Shown here: positions 63,371 through 64,000 of the stretch, one piece after another
Layout: each line of letters opens with the position of its first letter
Numbering within the stretch: position 1 is the first letter of the stretch
Assembly (NCBI GenBank): GCA_051362555.1
Contig: CM120649.1
Location: forward strand, 7,316,001-7,380,000
DNA length: 64,000 nucleotides
Reading direction: 5' to 3'
Origin: Lingula anatina
Lineage: Eukaryota; Animalia; Brachiopoda
Translations under genes and position numbers: made by a program
Notes under the pieces: generated by a model
The model's input: only the letters and a program-made list of their open reading frames with translations
Told to the model about the DNA's origin: nothing
Database searches by the model: none

Positions 63371-63699
63371 CCGTTGAAACTCGGGGTGACAGCAAGTGTG
63401 TGCTACATGTATGCAGGTGAAAGTCACAATCATTTCCCTGAAATTTGGCAGTTTGAAATTAAGGGTGCCAGCAGCCGTTTGCCGCGCAGTGGTTTGGGAC
63501 CATCTTTGTAACTTTAAAGTTTGAACTTCGTAATTCGGGGTAACCGCAGTCGTTTTCTGACTAGATATGACTCATAGACAGCACTTTGAAATTCTGGGAA
63601 ATAACAGCTTTGTGTCGAGTACCGGTAGTTACGAGTCATCTTGCTTACTTTGAAATTCAGGGACGACCAAGAACCAAACAAAACTTTGAAACTCAGGGT
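63371..63699 (+). repeat. Cluster of six co-oriented ~17-bp motifs (consensus ACTTTGAAAYTCRGGGW) with unrelated spacers
   Basis: Copies at 63374, 63452, 63525, 63583, 63647 and 63683. Confidence 0.7.
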
Positions 63700-64000
63700 T
63701 TCAGTATTCAGTCATCGTATTCGTTACTTCCGCTAATAAAGATGTTGGCTTGAGGGCAAGATATATCAAAGAAAATTCCTTCAGTTTTGGTGAAATTTCC
63801 AGGATAGTTAATTATTACGGAGGGAAAAAAGGGATTACGATTTCAACAGAATCTGTCCATTTTTAATATACATTTTGCTTCAGCGGAGGTCTCTCCTCTC
63901 AGAGAGCTTTCGAGATATTTTCAGCACACAGCAATAGATATCCGTGACATTGGCGTATAATGACGACGTTCCAGATGAACCCTCCGTCCTCTTGAATGAT

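Noticed and set aside
63371-63699. CRISPR-like repeat-spacer array (TTGAAA-containing repeats)
   Set aside because: Repeats are only ~17 bp and degenerate, spacing is irregular (36-79 bp), there are no cas genes, and the context is eukaryotic.

Overview
AT-rich eukaryotic genomic DNA, probably from an invertebrate animal (lophotrochozoan-like VWA sequence; this is an inference). It is mostly non-coding, with many microsatellites and G/C homopolymers. I can support one protein-coding gene: an 8-exon + strand gene (CDS 44971..55399, 1362 nt, 453 aa). It encodes a secreted protein made of a signal peptide, a MIDAS-intact VWA domain, a MIDAS-degenerate basic VWA domain and a short acidic tail. 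Its core promoter is clear (TATAAAA at 44670, Inr TCATTC at 44700, ATG-free 5' UTR). The ~44 kb upstream contains no recognisable coding sequence. It holds non-autonomous DNA transposons: a 549-bp element with 110-bp TIRs and a 5-bp TSD, a TTAA-flanked Kolobok-like MITE, and three copies of a Tourist/Harbinger-like MITE, plus decayed tandem repeats. Near the 3' end, a 17-bp motif recurs six times in the same orientation between unrelated spacers. Almost all other ORFs in the track look spurious. I found no convincing multi-gene novel system. The best leads are the VWA protein's design, the 5-bp-TSD element and the motif cluster. All alignments and counts were done by eye.
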